Assembly (NCBI GenBank): GCA_963845185.1
Contig: CAWJRG010000011.1
Span: 110,403-174,402, forward strand
Reading direction: 5' to 3'
DNA: 64,000 nt
From: an uncultured bacterium
Lineage (GTDB): Bacteria; Oederibacteriota; PGYV01; CAWJRG01
A program made the position numbers and the translations under genes. Each line of letters begins with the position of its first letter. Positions within the stretch are counted from its first letter, which is position 1. This document shows positions 1-10,751 of this stretch, one piece after another. Below the pieces are notes generated by a model, which saw only the letters and a program-made list of their open reading frames with translations, did not search any database and was not told where the DNA came from.

Positions 1-280
1 ACGGCCTTGGCCCGAATACCACGCCTCCGCCTTTCCATATAGGTGACCGTATGCTTCCGTGCCTTGCCTGGCCAGTGCCTTTTTGCTTCCATGGCTTTTT
101 ACCGCCGCCCCTGACCTCGGCACGTGTCTTTGTATTTGACGAGCCTGTATGCTGGCTATTTAAATAAGCAAGCAGCACGTCGTGCACTAGGTCGTCTTTT
201 CTTTTAATATTTATAAAGTTGTCGTCTATTTCAAACTCTGCGATCTTTTTATTTTCAACATTAATAACATCAAGTTTCAT
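1..280 (-). CDS. rplD: 50S ribosomal protein L4 (5' part; runs off left edge)
   Basis: Manual translation from ATG at 280: [12 protein letters not shown]...[44 protein letters not shown], the L4 signature; follows rplC. Confidence 0.96.
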   Translation of the reverse strand, partial: MKLDVINVENKKIAEFEIDDNFINIKRKDDLVHDVLLAYLNSQHTGSSNTKTRAEVRGGGKKPWKQKGTGQARHGSIRSPIWKGGGVVFGPRP

Positions 281-299
281 TTTTTACTGCTCTCCTTGT

Positions 300-947
300 T
301 TATTTCTTTTTTACGCTCTTTTTTATCATAAGCAGTCCGCCCTTTGCGCCCGGCACTGCTCCGCCTACAAGTATAAATTTATTTTCAGCGTCTATTTTTA
401 CCACCTTTAAATTCTGAACCGTAACATTTTCATTTCCCATCCTACCTGCCATTTTCTGGTTTTTAAATACTCTTGCAGGAAAAGTGCTCGAGCCTATGGA
501 GCCCGGCGCCCTGTGCTGCATTGAGCCGTGGGAATCCGGTCCTCCTGCGAAATTCCATCTTTTAACAACTCCCTGGGTTCCTTTTCCTTTCGAAACCCCT
601 GACACATCAACCCACTTTTGGTTTAAATCCTTGAAAACCTCAAGCGTCACCGCGTCACCTTGTTTATATTTGTCTAGTTCGGTCTTGTCTATTTTGAATT
701 CTTTTAAAACCTTTTTTAATGGCACATTTGCCTTGGTAAATATTCCCTTTATGGGCTTATTCACCCTTTTTGGTTTTTTGGCGTCGGTATTGCCAAGTAA
801 AAGTGCGCTGTATCCGTGTTCCTCCTCGGTTTTTTTGCCCACGACAACGGAGTCCTCAACTTCGATTATTGTCACAGGCACGGCTTCGCCTTTCTCGTTA
901 AAAATCTGCGTCATGCCGACTTTTTTTCCTAAAAATGCTGACAGCAC
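300..947 (-). CDS. rplC: 50S ribosomal protein L3
   Basis: GKKVGMTQIF, VDVSGVSKGKGTQGVVKRWNF, KMAGRMG motifs; GTG start with AAGGAG SD. Confidence 0.98.
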   Translation of the reverse strand: MLSAFLGKKVGMTQIFNEKGEAVPVTIIEVEDSVVVGKKTEEEHGYSALLLGNTDAKKPKRVNKPIKGIFTKANVPLKKVLKEFKIDKTELDKYKQGDAVTLEVFKDLNQKWVDVSGVSKGKGTQGVVKRWNFAGGPDSHGSMQHRAPGSIGSSTFPARVFKNQKMAGRMGNENVTVQNLKVVKIDAENKFILVGGAVPGAKGGLLMIKKSVKKK

Positions 948-960
948 CTTATTTCTCCTT

Positions 961-1059
961 AGAGTCCGTTGATTTTGCTAAGCGTCAACAGCGGCAGCAA
1001 AATCTTACGGAGTCTTATACCCGCTCAAGTCCGAGGCATACGCCGTGGACAAACGGTAT
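961..1059. ncRNA. Conserved two-hairpin intergenic element, copy 1 (between rpsJ and rplC)
   Basis: Shares aagc(c)gtc and cccgYtcaagtccgaggc..gcc..(g/a)gacaa motifs and stem architecture with 22104-22206 and 46847-47012; family unrecognised. Confidence 0.7.
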
Positions 1060-1063
1060 TTAT

Positions 1064-1375
1064 TTACAGTTTAATTTCGACGTCTATGCCCGCCGGTAAA
1101 TCAAGATTCCTGAGTTTTTCAACAGTTTCATGGTTTGGTTCGACTATATCTATTATCCTTTTATGTATTCTCATCTCAAACTGTTCCCTTGATTTTTTAT
1201 CTACATGCACTGACCTTAAAATAGTGTATTTTTGTATTTTTGTAGGCAGAGGTATCGGGCCTGATACTCTCGCTCCGGTTTCTTTTACTTTTTTTATGAT
1301 ATCAACCACCGACTTGTCAAGAAGTTTGTGGTCGTAAGCTTTTAATCTTATTCTTATTTTCTGCACATCTATCAT
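1064..1375 (-). CDS. rpsJ: 30S ribosomal protein S10
   Basis: [34 protein letters not shown]. Confidence 0.98.
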   Translation of the reverse strand: MIDVQKIRIRLKAYDHKLLDKSVVDIIKKVKETGARVSGPIPLPTKIQKYTILRSVHVDKKSREQFEMRIHKRIIDIVEPNHETVEKLRNLDLPAGIDVEIKL

Positions 1376-1399
1376 TTTTGGGGTTCTCCCTTCAGACTT

Positions 1400-2602
1400 T
1401 TATTCAACTATATCCGTGACAACGCCGGAGCCCACGGTCTTTCCGCCTTCCCTTATTGCAAACCTTACTTCTTTCTCCATTGCTATCGGCGTTATCAGCT
1501 CCACGTCCATCAGCACATTGTCCCCGGGCATTACCATCTCTATCCCTGCCGGCAACTTTATGCTCCCTGTCACATCCGTTGTCCTGAAATAAAACTGCGG
1601 CCGGTAATTGTTAAAAAACGGCGTGTGCCTCCCGCCCTCTTCTTTTGTCAGTATGTATACTTTCCCTTTGAATTTCTTATGCGGCGTTATCGAACCTATC
1701 TTTGATACTACCTGCCCTCTCTCTATATCCGTCTTCTCTATTCCCCTAAGCAACAACCCTACATTGTCTCCGGCTATACCTTCGTCCAGCAGTTTCCTGA
1801 ACATCTCTATTCCTGTCACCACTGTCTTCTTCGTATCCTTTATCCCTACTATTTCAACTTCTTCGTTTAATTTTACTTTGCCCCTCTCTATCCTTCCTGT
1901 CGCTACTGTTCCCCTGCCGGTTATTGAAAATACATCCTCTATTGCCAAAAGAAACGGCTTGTCTATGTCCCTTTTCGGCTCTGGTATCTCTGTATCAAGC
2001 GCGTTTACAAGGTCTAATATCGGCTTCGACGCCTCTCCATTTGGATCCTGCAATGCCTTTATTGCCGATCCCCTTATCACTGTTATCTTGTCTCCGGGAA
2101 ATTCATATTTCGTTAACAGCTCCCTTACCTCTACCTCTACCAGATCTAGTATCTCAGGGTCGTCTACTAAATCCACTTTATTTAAAAATACCACTATGTT
2201 ATGCACTCCCACCTGCCTTGCCAGCAGTATATGCTCCCTTGTCTGCGGCATTGGCCCGTCTGCCGCGCTTACCACTAGTATCGCTCCGTCCATCTGCGCC
2301 GCTCCGGTTATCATGTTCTTTACGTAATCTGCGTGCCCGGGGCAATCTATGTGCGCGTAGTGCCTTTTATCTGTCGAATACTCAACGTGCGATGTCGCTA
2401 TCGTCAATATCTTTGTCGCGTCCCTTCTTCCCTGTGATATTGACGCCTTTGCCACCTCATCGTACGGTATGTATGTCGCTAGTCCTTTGGCTGCCATTAC
2501 TGCTGTTATTGCCGCTGTCAGCGTCGTTTTTCCGTGGTCCACATGCCCTATCGTCCCCACGTTTATATGCGGTTTTGTCCTCTCAAATTTCTGCTTACTC
2601 AT
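1400..2602 (-). CDS. tuf: Elongation factor Tu
   Basis: [36 protein letters not shown]. Confidence 0.99.
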   Translation of the reverse strand: MSKQKFERTKPHINVGTIGHVDHGKTTLTAAITAVMAAKGLATYIPYDEVAKASISQGRRDATKILTIATSHVEYSTDKRHYAHIDCPGHADYVKNMITGAAQMDGAILVVSAADGPMPQTREHILLARQVGVHNIVVFLNKVDLVDDPEILDLVEVEVRELLTKYEFPGDKITVIRGSAIKALQDPNGEASKPILDLVNALDTEIPEPKRDIDKPFLLAIEDVFSITGRGTVATGRIERGKVKLNEEVEIVGIKDTKKTVVTGIEMFRKLLDEGIAGDNVGLLLRGIEKTDIERGQVVSKIGSITPHKKFKGKVYILTKEEGGRHTPFFNNYRPQFYFRTTDVTGSIKLPAGIEMVMPGDNVLMDVELITPIAMEKEVRFAIREGGKTVGSGVVTDIVE

Positions 2603-2640
2603 CTCTTAACCTCCTGAATTTGTGTTATGCGGGAATCTAA

Positions 2641-2686
2641 TTTGTCATTACTTATCATATACCACTTCCCACTTTTAACTTTTTAT
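2641..2686 (-). repeat. Degenerate 7-nt periodic tract after the fusA stop
   Basis: Minus strand reads agttaaa agtggga agtggta tatgata agtaatg. Confidence 0.4.
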
Positions 2687-4783
2687 CTATCTTACCGTGC
2701 CAGTTGCCTTTGCAACTATTGTTTCCTGTATACTTGAAGGTACTGGCTCGTATTTTGAAAACTGCATTGTATAAGTCGCCCTTCCCTGGCTCATTGACCT
2801 TAATTCTGTCGCGTAACCGAACATATCAGCCAGCGGCACAAAAGATTCTATAACCTGGGACTTGCCCCTTTTTTCAAGTTTTTCTATTTTTCCCCTGCGT
2901 GCGTTCAAATTTCCTATGATATCACCTAAAAATCCCTCGGGAGTGACAACCTCTACTGCCATTATAGGCTCAAGTATAATCGGGCCGGCTCTCCTAAATC
3001 CGTCTTTAAAAGCCAGCGATGCGGCTATTTTAAAGGCGTTCTCGTTTGAATCAACCTCGTGAAACGACCCGTCAAAAAGTGTTACTTTTACGTCGCTTAC
3101 TGGATATCCAGCAAGTACGCCGTTTTCTACTGCTTCCGCTATTCCCTTGTCTATTGCCGGTATATATTCCCTCGGTATTATTCCGCCCACTATATCATTA
3201 ACAAATTCATACCCTTTGCCCCGCTCATTCGGCTCTATATCTATTACAACATGCCCGTAGTTTCCCCTGCCTCCCGACTGCCTTATATATTTGCCTTCGG
3301 CTTCGGCCTTTTTTGTTATTGCTTCCCTGTAAGCCACTTCAGGTTTGCCTACATTTGCCTCAACCTTAAATTCCCTTTTCATCCTGTCCACTATGATTTC
3401 AAGGTGCAGCTCTCCCATGCCTGAAATTATGGTCTGTCCGGTTTCTTCATCGCCCCTCACCCTGAATGTCGGGTCTTCTTCGGATAATTTGTTTAAGGCT
3501 ATGCTCATTTTTTCCTGGTCTGCCTTTGTCTTGGGTTCGACCGCAACAAAAATAACCGGCTCCGGGAATATCATTTTTTCAAGGCCGATTAAATTATTTT
3601 CATCACATAACGTGTCTCCGGTAAAAGTATCCTTCAATCCTATGCCCGCGACTATGTCCCCGGCGTAAGCTTCTTTTATCTCTTCCCTGTGATTTGCGTG
3701 CATTAAAAGAATACGGCTTATTCTTTCCTGTCCGTCCCTAGTCGCGTTATAAACATATGACCCTGCTGAAAGCGTACCGGCGTATATCCTGAAATAAGTA
3801 AGCCTGCCCACATAAGGGTCAGACATAATTTTAAAAGCAAGCGCGGTAAAAGGCTCTTTTTCGTCGGCTTTTCTTATGATTTCCTGGTCGGGATTTTCCG
3901 GTGAATGTCCTACCACAGGAGGCACGTCAAGAGGTGACGGCAAAAAATCAACCACGCCGTCAAGCAGCGGCTGCACGCCCTTATTTTTAAACGCAGCGCC
4001 GCAAAATACAGGCACTATAGAGAATGTGAGCGTGCCTTTTCTTATTGCCCTTTTTATCATTTCCGGGGTAACCTCTCCGGCCTTGCCTTCCAGATATTTA
4101 TGCATAAGTTCGTCGTCAAAATCCGCCACTGCCTGGAGCATTTTATCCCTGTTATCTTCTGCCTGTACTTTGTACTCGGCAGGTATTTCCTTTATTTCAA
4201 ACTTGGCTCCCAGAGTTTCCTCGAGCCATATGATTGCCTTCATATTAATTAAATCCACGACCCCTATAAAAGTGTCCTCTGCTCCTATTGGCAGCTGAAG
4301 CGGTACAGGATTTGCACCCAGCTTTTCCTCTATTGAATGCACAGACATCCAGAAATCAGCGCCTACCCTGTCCATCTTGTTTAAAAAGACCACCCTTGGT
4401 ACTTTATATTTGTCTGCCTGGCGCCAGACTGTCTCGGATTGGGGCTCTACGCCGTTTACGACGTCAAAAACTGCCACGGCACCGTCAAGTACCCTCAGGG
4501 ACCTTTCGACTTCTATTGTAAAATCAACATGCCCCGGCGTGTCTATAATATTAATCCTGTAGTTGTTCCAGTAACATGTTGTCGCAGCCGAAGTTATGGT
4601 GATTCCGCGCTCCCTTTCCTGCTCCATCCAGTCCATGGTGGCAAGCCCCTCGTGCACCTCGCCTATTTTATGAACCTTGCCCGTGTAATAAAGCACCCTT
4701 TCGGTAAGCGTAGTCTTACCTGCATCTATGTGCGCCATAATTCCTATGTTTCTTGTTCTCTCAAGCGGGTATTCACGTGGCAT
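2687..4783 (-). CDS. fusA: Elongation factor G
   Basis: [39 protein letters not shown]. Confidence 0.99.
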   Translation of the reverse strand: MPREYPLERTRNIGIMAHIDAGKTTLTERVLYYTGKVHKIGEVHEGLATMDWMEQERERGITITSAATTCYWNNYRINIIDTPGHVDFTIEVERSLRVLDGAVAVFDVVNGVEPQSETVWRQADKYKVPRVVFLNKMDRVGADFWMSVHSIEEKLGANPVPLQLPIGAEDTFIGVVDLINMKAIIWLEETLGAKFEIKEIPAEYKVQAEDNRDKMLQAVADFDDELMHKYLEGKAGEVTPEMIKRAIRKGTLTFSIVPVFCGAAFKNKGVQPLLDGVVDFLPSPLDVPPVVGHSPENPDQEIIRKADEKEPFTALAFKIMSDPYVGRLTYFRIYAGTLSAGSYVYNATRDGQERISRILLMHANHREEIKEAYAGDIVAGIGLKDTFTGDTLCDENNLIGLEKMIFPEPVIFVAVEPKTKADQEKMSIALNKLSEEDPTFRVRGDEETGQTIISGMGELHLEIIVDRMKREFKVEANVGKPEVAYREAITKKAEAEGKYIRQSGGRGNYGHVVIDIEPNERGKGYEFVNDIVGGIIPREYIPAIDKGIAEAVENGVLAGYPVSDVKVTLFDGSFHEVDSNENAFKIAASLAFKDGFRRAGPIILEPIMAVEVVTPEGFLGDIIGNLNARRGKIEKLEKRGKSQVIESFVPLADMFGYATELRSMSQGRATYTMQFSKYEPVPSSIQETIVAKATGTVR

Positions 4784-4823
4784 TTTCTTTTACTTCTCCT
4801 CGGTTTTTAACATTAAACTTGTT

Positions 4824-5291
4824 TTACCATCTATAATGTGCAAAAGCTTTGTTTGCTTCCGCCATCTTATGCGTGTCGTCTTTTTTCTTTATTGCTCCGC
4901 CCTGGTTATTTATCGCGGACATTATTTCATTCGCAAGCCTTTCCTGCATGCTTTTCTCTTTTCTTGCCCTTGCGGCTTCGATAATCCACCTGACGGCAAG
5001 TGAAGTGCTCCTGTCCGGGTTAACCTCCACGGGTATCTGGTAATTCGCTCCGCCTATCCTTCTTGTTTTTAATTCAAGGAGCGGCTTGACATTATCGACC
5101 GCGTTTTTAAAAGCCGCAAGCGGTTCCTTTCCCTGCTTTTCCATCATCTGGAAAGCGTCGTAAACTATAGATTCAGCCGTGCTTTTCCTGCCTTCGTACA
5201 TTATGCAGTTGATTAACTTGGCGACAAATTCATTTTTATATTTTGAATCCGGTGTTATTTCTCTTTTAACTACTTTTTTCCTTCTCGGCAT
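4824..5291 (-). CDS. rpsG: 30S ribosomal protein S7
   Basis: RRIGGANYQIPVEV, HKMAEANKAFAHYRW. Confidence 0.99.
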   Translation of the reverse strand: MPRRKKVVKREITPDSKYKNEFVAKLINCIMYEGRKSTAESIVYDAFQMMEKQGKEPLAAFKNAVDNVKPLLELKTRRIGGANYQIPVEVNPDRSTSLAVRWIIEAARARKEKSMQERLANEIMSAINNQGGAIKKKDDTHKMAEANKAFAHYRW

Positions 5292-5308
5292 TGTTTACCT
5301 CTTTTTAA

Positions 5309-5701
5309 TTATTTTGCGGCCGCTGGCTGCTGTTTTGGCATCTTTGCGCCGTATTTGGACCTGCCCTGTTTCCTGTCGGATACGCCCTGCGTATCAAGTG
5401 TGCCCCTGATTATGTGGTACCTTACACCCGGCAAATCTTTTACCCTGCCACCCCTTATCATTACGATAGAGTGTTCCTGAAGGTTATGTCCTACACCTGG
5501 AATATAGCATATTACTTCCATTTTATTCGTAAGCCTTACTCTTGCCACTTTTCGCAATGCGGAATTCGGCTTTTTTGGCGTAACGGTATACACTCTTGTG
5601 CATACCCCTCTTTTTTGCGGGCATGATTTCAAAGCAGGCGCAGACGTCTTATTCTTTGCATGTTTTCTTTTTCTTTTTACAAGCTGGTTGATTGTAGGCA
5701 A
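5309..5701 (-). CDS. rpsL: 30S ribosomal protein S12
   Basis: [28 protein letters not shown]. Confidence 0.99.
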   Translation of the reverse strand: MPTINQLVKRKRKHAKNKTSAPALKSCPQKRGVCTRVYTVTPKKPNSALRKVARVRLTNKMEVICYIPGVGHNLQEHSIVMIRGGRVKDLPGVRYHIIRGTLDTQGVSDRKQGRSKYGAKMPKQQPAAAK

Positions 5702-5804
5702 TTACTAGCCTCCTTGCTTAAACTTTTATAAAGGAACATCCCAGTTCCCTCCGGAAAAGTATAATTAATCCCCCATCCGAAATCGGGGAATTTTTTTCGG
5801 ATAA

Positions 5805-5842
5805 AATAACAAAAGACGGCTCTAACGGCTCCGTCTTTTTTT
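5805..5842 (-). terminator. Terminator-like hairpin in the rpsL leader (possible attenuator)
   Basis: aaaagacgg...ccgtctttt inverted repeat followed by U-rich ttttgttatttt on the minus strand, between promoter and rpsL. Confidence 0.45.
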
Positions 5843-5906
5843 ACAGCAATTTACCTATTTTATTAGTAAAACCATATCCAATGAGCCTTTTTGAATAAGC
5901 GCAAGT

Positions 5907-5935
5907 ATAATATTAAAAATGTTATACTTTGTCAA
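5907..5935 (-). promoter_or_regulatory. Sigma70-type promoter of the str operon
   Basis: Minus strand TTGACA-N17-TATTAT. Confidence 0.7.
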
Positions 5936-6061
5936 GGTTTTTTTTGATATTTTTTAAGTTAATCCTGCATAGGTTAAAGCATATGGTTCACAATTTATGG
6001 CATATATTTAAGATTCTTTTGCGTCCCGCTTCCCCCTTACCAACTGCCACCCGCATTTCTC

Positions 6062-8449
6062 CTACTGCCCCTTTATCCTCCTTTCCTTTGCCTGCTCCAG
6101 TTGGTTGTATAAATTCACAATCTGGGGGTCGTTGCCGAATAGCGGTATAGCATCCTGCAGTGTCGAAAGCGCCTTGTCGATTTTGCCCATTTTATAATAT
6201 GTATATGCCACATACATATACATGCTCAAACTTTTGTTTATTCCCCTTGCCCTGATAAAATACTTCAAAGCCGTGTCATAATTATTGTTTTTAAAATAAT
6301 AAACCCCTATATTTTTATTAACGTCAGCCGTCCTGTAATTTTCGCCTATCAAAAACTCGTATATATCAATGGCAGTTTCATAATTGCCTTTTGCCATCAT
6401 TTCTGTCCCCTGCGTAAAAAGCGCTTCATACTGCTTGTTTAAATCGATATTTCCTATAGCGTCTATATATGTCTGCAGCAATGCCCTGTTGTCGCTGCCG
6501 TATTGTATTGCCTTTTCAAACATTTCCTTTGCCATAGGCAGGATTTTGTTGTTATAATAAATCATTCCCAGCGCTGCGCACGCAACCCAGTAATCCTTTT
6601 TTATTGCAATGGACTTTTTAAGGCAATTGATTTCCTCGTTTTCATTACCCAATTCTTTATACGCCAGGGACATATTATAGTAAGTTTCTGCAGTCTCAGC
6701 ACTCATTGCTTTCATGTTGTCTGTGTAGCAGAAATATAACGCCTTTTTATATACCCATAATGCCTCATTCGGCCTGTGATTTAGCAGCAACTCAAACGCT
6801 TGAAGCATCATAGTTTCAGGATACCATGTGACAAGATACAGGTTTTCCCCGTTATATTTCACATACCTGTCAAAAGTCCCCCTGTCATAAGCGTAAAGTT
6901 TATATATATCAGGCGAAACCTGCTCGTTAGCTAAGGTGTACTTGCGAACCAGCCCTTTTTGCTTGTAATTATATGCTATTTTAATCTTATCGACGAACGG
7001 CGAATAAGTACTCCTGTAGACTCCTGTATTGCGTACAAAAACGCCTATTACATTATTCATATTATTGCCGAATTCATTCTCTTTCATCGGCATATTCCCA
7101 TATTTATTTATAAAATCATTTATTCCCCACTTTATCCTGAGATTAAGAGCCGGCACAAATTTTATATCCGGCCTTTCTTTCTCAATAGCTTGTATATAAT
7201 AAACCGGCATCATGTTATGGTCGCCCTCAGCGAGGTACATGCTTCCCTGCTCCATGCTGTTTAATATATTTTTGCCGTAGTCGTAAGCCAGGTAGTCATA
7301 TCGCCTGTCGTTTTTTTGAAAATGCATGATGCCGGCAAATAAAACTGTTGCCACGACGAGGCCGATTAAAACCTGTTTTAGCATCCTTTGTTTAATACAC
7401 ACCATTGCAAAACATGCGCCGCACACCACAAACATCAGCAGTACATACTGCGCAGGCATAAGAAAAATATCTATCATCCATGCCCAGCCTGTTTCTGTGC
7501 GGTTGTAAAAAACTACCATCCCTGTGTATATAATGATTGCGCTTAAATAAAAGAAAAAGACCGGCCTGATTTTTTTTGCCAGTATATAACCACCGAAAAA
7601 TATCAAAACCCACAATAATGAATAATTATTTATGAATAGATTCAGGAATTCTTTTACCTGGCCCATGTAAAGGCTCAATGACGGAGCAGGCAGCTCTGAA
7701 TATCCGCTTCTAAGCAGCGTCCACCAGAAATCCGACCAGGTATTCGGTTTTGCCATAAAAACAAACGCGCCTTCACTGCCGCCTCTTATAGGCAGGTAAA
7801 TATATGCGCTTAATCCGGTTATCAGGAATAACAGCGTAAAAACAGCGTTTTTTATGCTGATTTGGCGTACAAAACGTATAAAAAAATAGCCGAATACAGG
7901 CAAGAGTATTATCATGCTTGGCCAGTGGTTTGCAAGCGATAACCCGAAAATATACGATATTAAATAAAGATATTTAGTACTGAAATTGTTGAATAAACGC
8001 AGGCTAAAAAACAGCATGATTGAGAAAAACAAAAGATTCAGCATATATATGCCGCCCTTTGCTTCTATTGCCTGGTTCCAGAATATATATGAAAAAGCAA
8101 GAATAAAAACTCCAAGGAAATTCATGATTTTATTTTCATAATTAAAAATGCGGAAGGTATTCTGCCTTATCAAGAAATAGGTTAAAAGCAGGATAATCAT
8201 CGCGAGAAAAACCGCGAACAGATTTATCCTGAAAGCAGGCGCGCCGATCGGCAGCCAGGAAAATATTTTTGCAGCCATTGTAAATAAAGGATAGCCGGGC
8301 GGATGGCTTATGCCAAGCATATATGCAGATGTTATGGTTTCCGGCGAGTCGTTGCTTTTAAATGCCGGCGGCATGGTGTAAATGTATATTTGAAATATTG
8401 CAATTAGAGACAGCAGCAATATTATTGTATCTTTATATTTTTTCCACAT
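6062..8449 (-). CDS. DUF2723/TMEM260-like integral membrane glycosyltransferase with C-terminal TPRs (paralog 1)
   Basis: NDSPETITSAYMLGISHPPGYPLF motif, many TM helices, TPR tail; start placed at MWKKYKD (8449) by alignment with paralog 2 (ORF track extends to 8515). Confidence 0.82.
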   Translation of the reverse strand: MWKKYKDTIILLLSLIAIFQIYIYTMPPAFKSNDSPETITSAYMLGISHPPGYPLFTMAAKIFSWLPIGAPAFRINLFAVFLAMIILLLTYFLIRQNTFRIFNYENKIMNFLGVFILAFSYIFWNQAIEAKGGIYMLNLLFFSIMLFFSLRLFNNFSTKYLYLISYIFGLSLANHWPSMIILLPVFGYFFIRFVRQISIKNAVFTLLFLITGLSAYIYLPIRGGSEGAFVFMAKPNTWSDFWWTLLRSGYSELPAPSLSLYMGQVKEFLNLFINNYSLLWVLIFFGGYILAKKIRPVFFFYLSAIIIYTGMVVFYNRTETGWAWMIDIFLMPAQYVLLMFVVCGACFAMVCIKQRMLKQVLIGLVVATVLFAGIMHFQKNDRRYDYLAYDYGKNILNSMEQGSMYLAEGDHNMMPVYYIQAIEKERPDIKFVPALNLRIKWGINDFINKYGNMPMKENEFGNNMNNVIGVFVRNTGVYRSTYSPFVDKIKIAYNYKQKGLVRKYTLANEQVSPDIYKLYAYDRGTFDRYVKYNGENLYLVTWYPETMMLQAFELLLNHRPNEALWVYKKALYFCYTDNMKAMSAETAETYYNMSLAYKELGNENEEINCLKKSIAIKKDYWVACAALGMIYYNNKILPMAKEMFEKAIQYGSDNRALLQTYIDAIGNIDLNKQYEALFTQGTEMMAKGNYETAIDIYEFLIGENYRTADVNKNIGVYYFKNNNYDTALKYFIRARGINKSLSMYMYVAYTYYKMGKIDKALSTLQDAIPLFGNDPQIVNLYNQLEQAKERRIKGQ

Positions 8450-8602
8450 TAAATTATCCTTTTGATTGTATTGTTTGTTCCCCTGTAATTTAACATGAAA
8501 TAATATTTTTTCCATTAAAAAATTTTATATTTTATGTCATTTCTTAAAAATATATTGTTCCATTAAATAATGAATTTTAAAATTGATCATTACCAAAATA
8601 TG

Positions 8603-10603
8603 TTATTGTATATTCCCCATGCTCTGATTTATTGATGATATATATTGTTCAAGGCCCTGTCTGTTCGGGCTTCCGTATCGTATCGCATTTTCAAACATTT
8701 CCTTAGCCTCCGGCCCTAGTTTTTGATTGTAATAAATCATTCCCAATACTTCAAACGGCCTATAAAAAACATCACTTGCATTAATATTAGCAGCTTCTTT
8801 TAAGCATTTTATCTGATTATCTTCATCATTTACTAATGCATATGCCATTGATAAAGCATAGTAAGTATGGGCTTCATATTTTATTACAGGCATGTATAAC
8901 GCTTTTTTAAATATATCTATCGCATCATTATATTTTTTTTGATTTAAAAAATCACTTCCCTGAGATGCCATACGCCAGCTATAAATTGATATTAATTCTT
9001 TATCAAAATGAATTTTTGTTTTAATATCATAAATTCCCCTGTAAGAATAATTTTTAAAAATATTCGCAGATATATATTCGTTTTTATCTGCCATTTTGTT
9101 CACAATTCCGTCTGCCCGCTGGTAATAATTATTGGTATTATTTTCCAAATCATTTCTATAAAGGCTCAAATAAATATTATCTTTTAAAATGAAATTATTA
9201 ATAATATTAATTACATTATCAGTCAGATAATCTTTTTTAAGCCCGATATTACCGTATTTCTTTATAAAATCCTCTATTCCCCATTGATAATTTAATGAAA
9301 ATAAATTTAAATATTTTATGTCATTTATTTTATGTTCAACGGACTGGAAATAACATAACGGCATTATATAATAATCGGCTGTAGCTATAAAAAAGCTGCC
9401 GGGTTTTATTGTTTTTATAATATTATTGCCAAAATCATAAGCAATATAATCATATCTGTTGTTATTAATTTTATAATTTTGAAATCCCATATTTAATATT
9501 ATTCCAGTAAATATAATCATAAAAGAATACTTATACCTTTTTAAGTTTAGTATTTTCATAACATAATATGCCCCAAATATGATTAAAATATATGATATAT
9601 ATTGTGAAGGCATAAGAAAAATATAAATTAAATCAAATGCTATTTTTTCACCCCGGTTAATTAATACAACAGCAAATACAACAATTAAAAATCCGCTTAA
9701 ATAAAAAAATAGTATTTCTCTACTTCTTTTAAATAAAATATATGCCCCGAAAAATATTAACAACCATATATATGAAAAATTGCTTAAAAACAAATGAATA
9801 AATCCTTTTATTTGGTCTATATATAAATTTATGGTTGGAAGCTCCAGATAAGTATAAGCATTTCTTAAGATTGTCCACCAAAAATTTTCCCATGTATTTG
9901 TCCGTGCCATAAAAACAAAAATGCCGTCCGTTCCGGCTCTTATAGGTAAGTAAAGATAAGGGCTCAAACCGGTAAAAAGCAGCAAAACCATTGTTATAAT
10001 ATTTTTTTGATCTATTTTTTGCCTATATTTAAAAACTAAATATCCAAAAACCGGTAAAAGTATTATCATACTCGGCCAGTGGTTAGAAAGCGACAACCCG
10101 TAAATAAACGCCATAAGATAAATATATTTAATATTCAATCCTCTGAATAATTTTATGCTCAGATACATCAATATTGCAAGAAACAATAGATTTAATATAT
10201 ATATGCCACCTTTTGCCTCAATTGCTTGGTTCCAGAATATAAAAGAAAATGCTAAAATAAATACACTAAAAAAATTTATTATCTTATCTTCGTAACCAAA
10301 AATAAGCCATGTATTTTGTTTCAACAAAAAATAGGAAAAAAATAAAACAATCATCGCAAGAAAAACCGCGAACAGATTTATCCTGAAAGCAGGCGCGCCG
10401 ATCGGCAGCCAGGAAAATATTTTTGCAGCCATTGTAAATAAAGGATAGCCGGGCGGGTGGCTTATGCCAAGCATATATGCAGATGTTATGGTTTCCGGCG
10501 AGTCGTTGCTTTTAAACGCCGGCGGCATGGTGTAAATGTATATTTGAAATATTGCAATTAGAGACAGCAGCAATATTATTGTATCTTTAATTCTTTTTTG
10601 CAT
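8603..10603 (-). CDS. DUF2723/TMEM260-like glycosyltransferase with TPRs (paralog 2)
   Basis: Same DSPE..HPPGYP motif; homologous to paralog 1 throughout; body noticeably AT-richer. Confidence 0.82.
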   Translation of the reverse strand: MQKRIKDTIILLLSLIAIFQIYIYTMPPAFKSNDSPETITSAYMLGISHPPGYPLFTMAAKIFSWLPIGAPAFRINLFAVFLAMIVLFFSYFLLKQNTWLIFGYEDKIINFFSVFILAFSFIFWNQAIEAKGGIYILNLLFLAILMYLSIKLFRGLNIKYIYLMAFIYGLSLSNHWPSMIILLPVFGYLVFKYRQKIDQKNIITMVLLLFTGLSPYLYLPIRAGTDGIFVFMARTNTWENFWWTILRNAYTYLELPTINLYIDQIKGFIHLFLSNFSYIWLLIFFGAYILFKRSREILFFYLSGFLIVVFAVVLINRGEKIAFDLIYIFLMPSQYISYILIIFGAYYVMKILNLKRYKYSFMIIFTGIILNMGFQNYKINNNRYDYIAYDFGNNIIKTIKPGSFFIATADYYIMPLCYFQSVEHKINDIKYLNLFSLNYQWGIEDFIKKYGNIGLKKDYLTDNVINIINNFILKDNIYLSLYRNDLENNTNNYYQRADGIVNKMADKNEYISANIFKNYSYRGIYDIKTKIHFDKELISIYSWRMASQGSDFLNQKKYNDAIDIFKKALYMPVIKYEAHTYYALSMAYALVNDEDNQIKCLKEAANINASDVFYRPFEVLGMIYYNQKLGPEAKEMFENAIRYGSPNRQGLEQYISSINQSMGNIQ

Positions 10604-10751
10604 TTAATCGTCCTTTTTGATAATCATTAGATTTTCCCATTAATTTAACATGAAATAGTGTTTTTTTCATAAAAAATTTTGGAATTTATATTTATATTTT
10701 TTTCTCGGTCATTCTATTCCATAAGGTATCATTGATTAATAACAAAATTTG

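Noticed and set aside
1608..2640. Two ~240-aa plus-strand ORFs over tuf
   Set aside because: Antisense to a conserved essential gene; explained by tuf codon composition.
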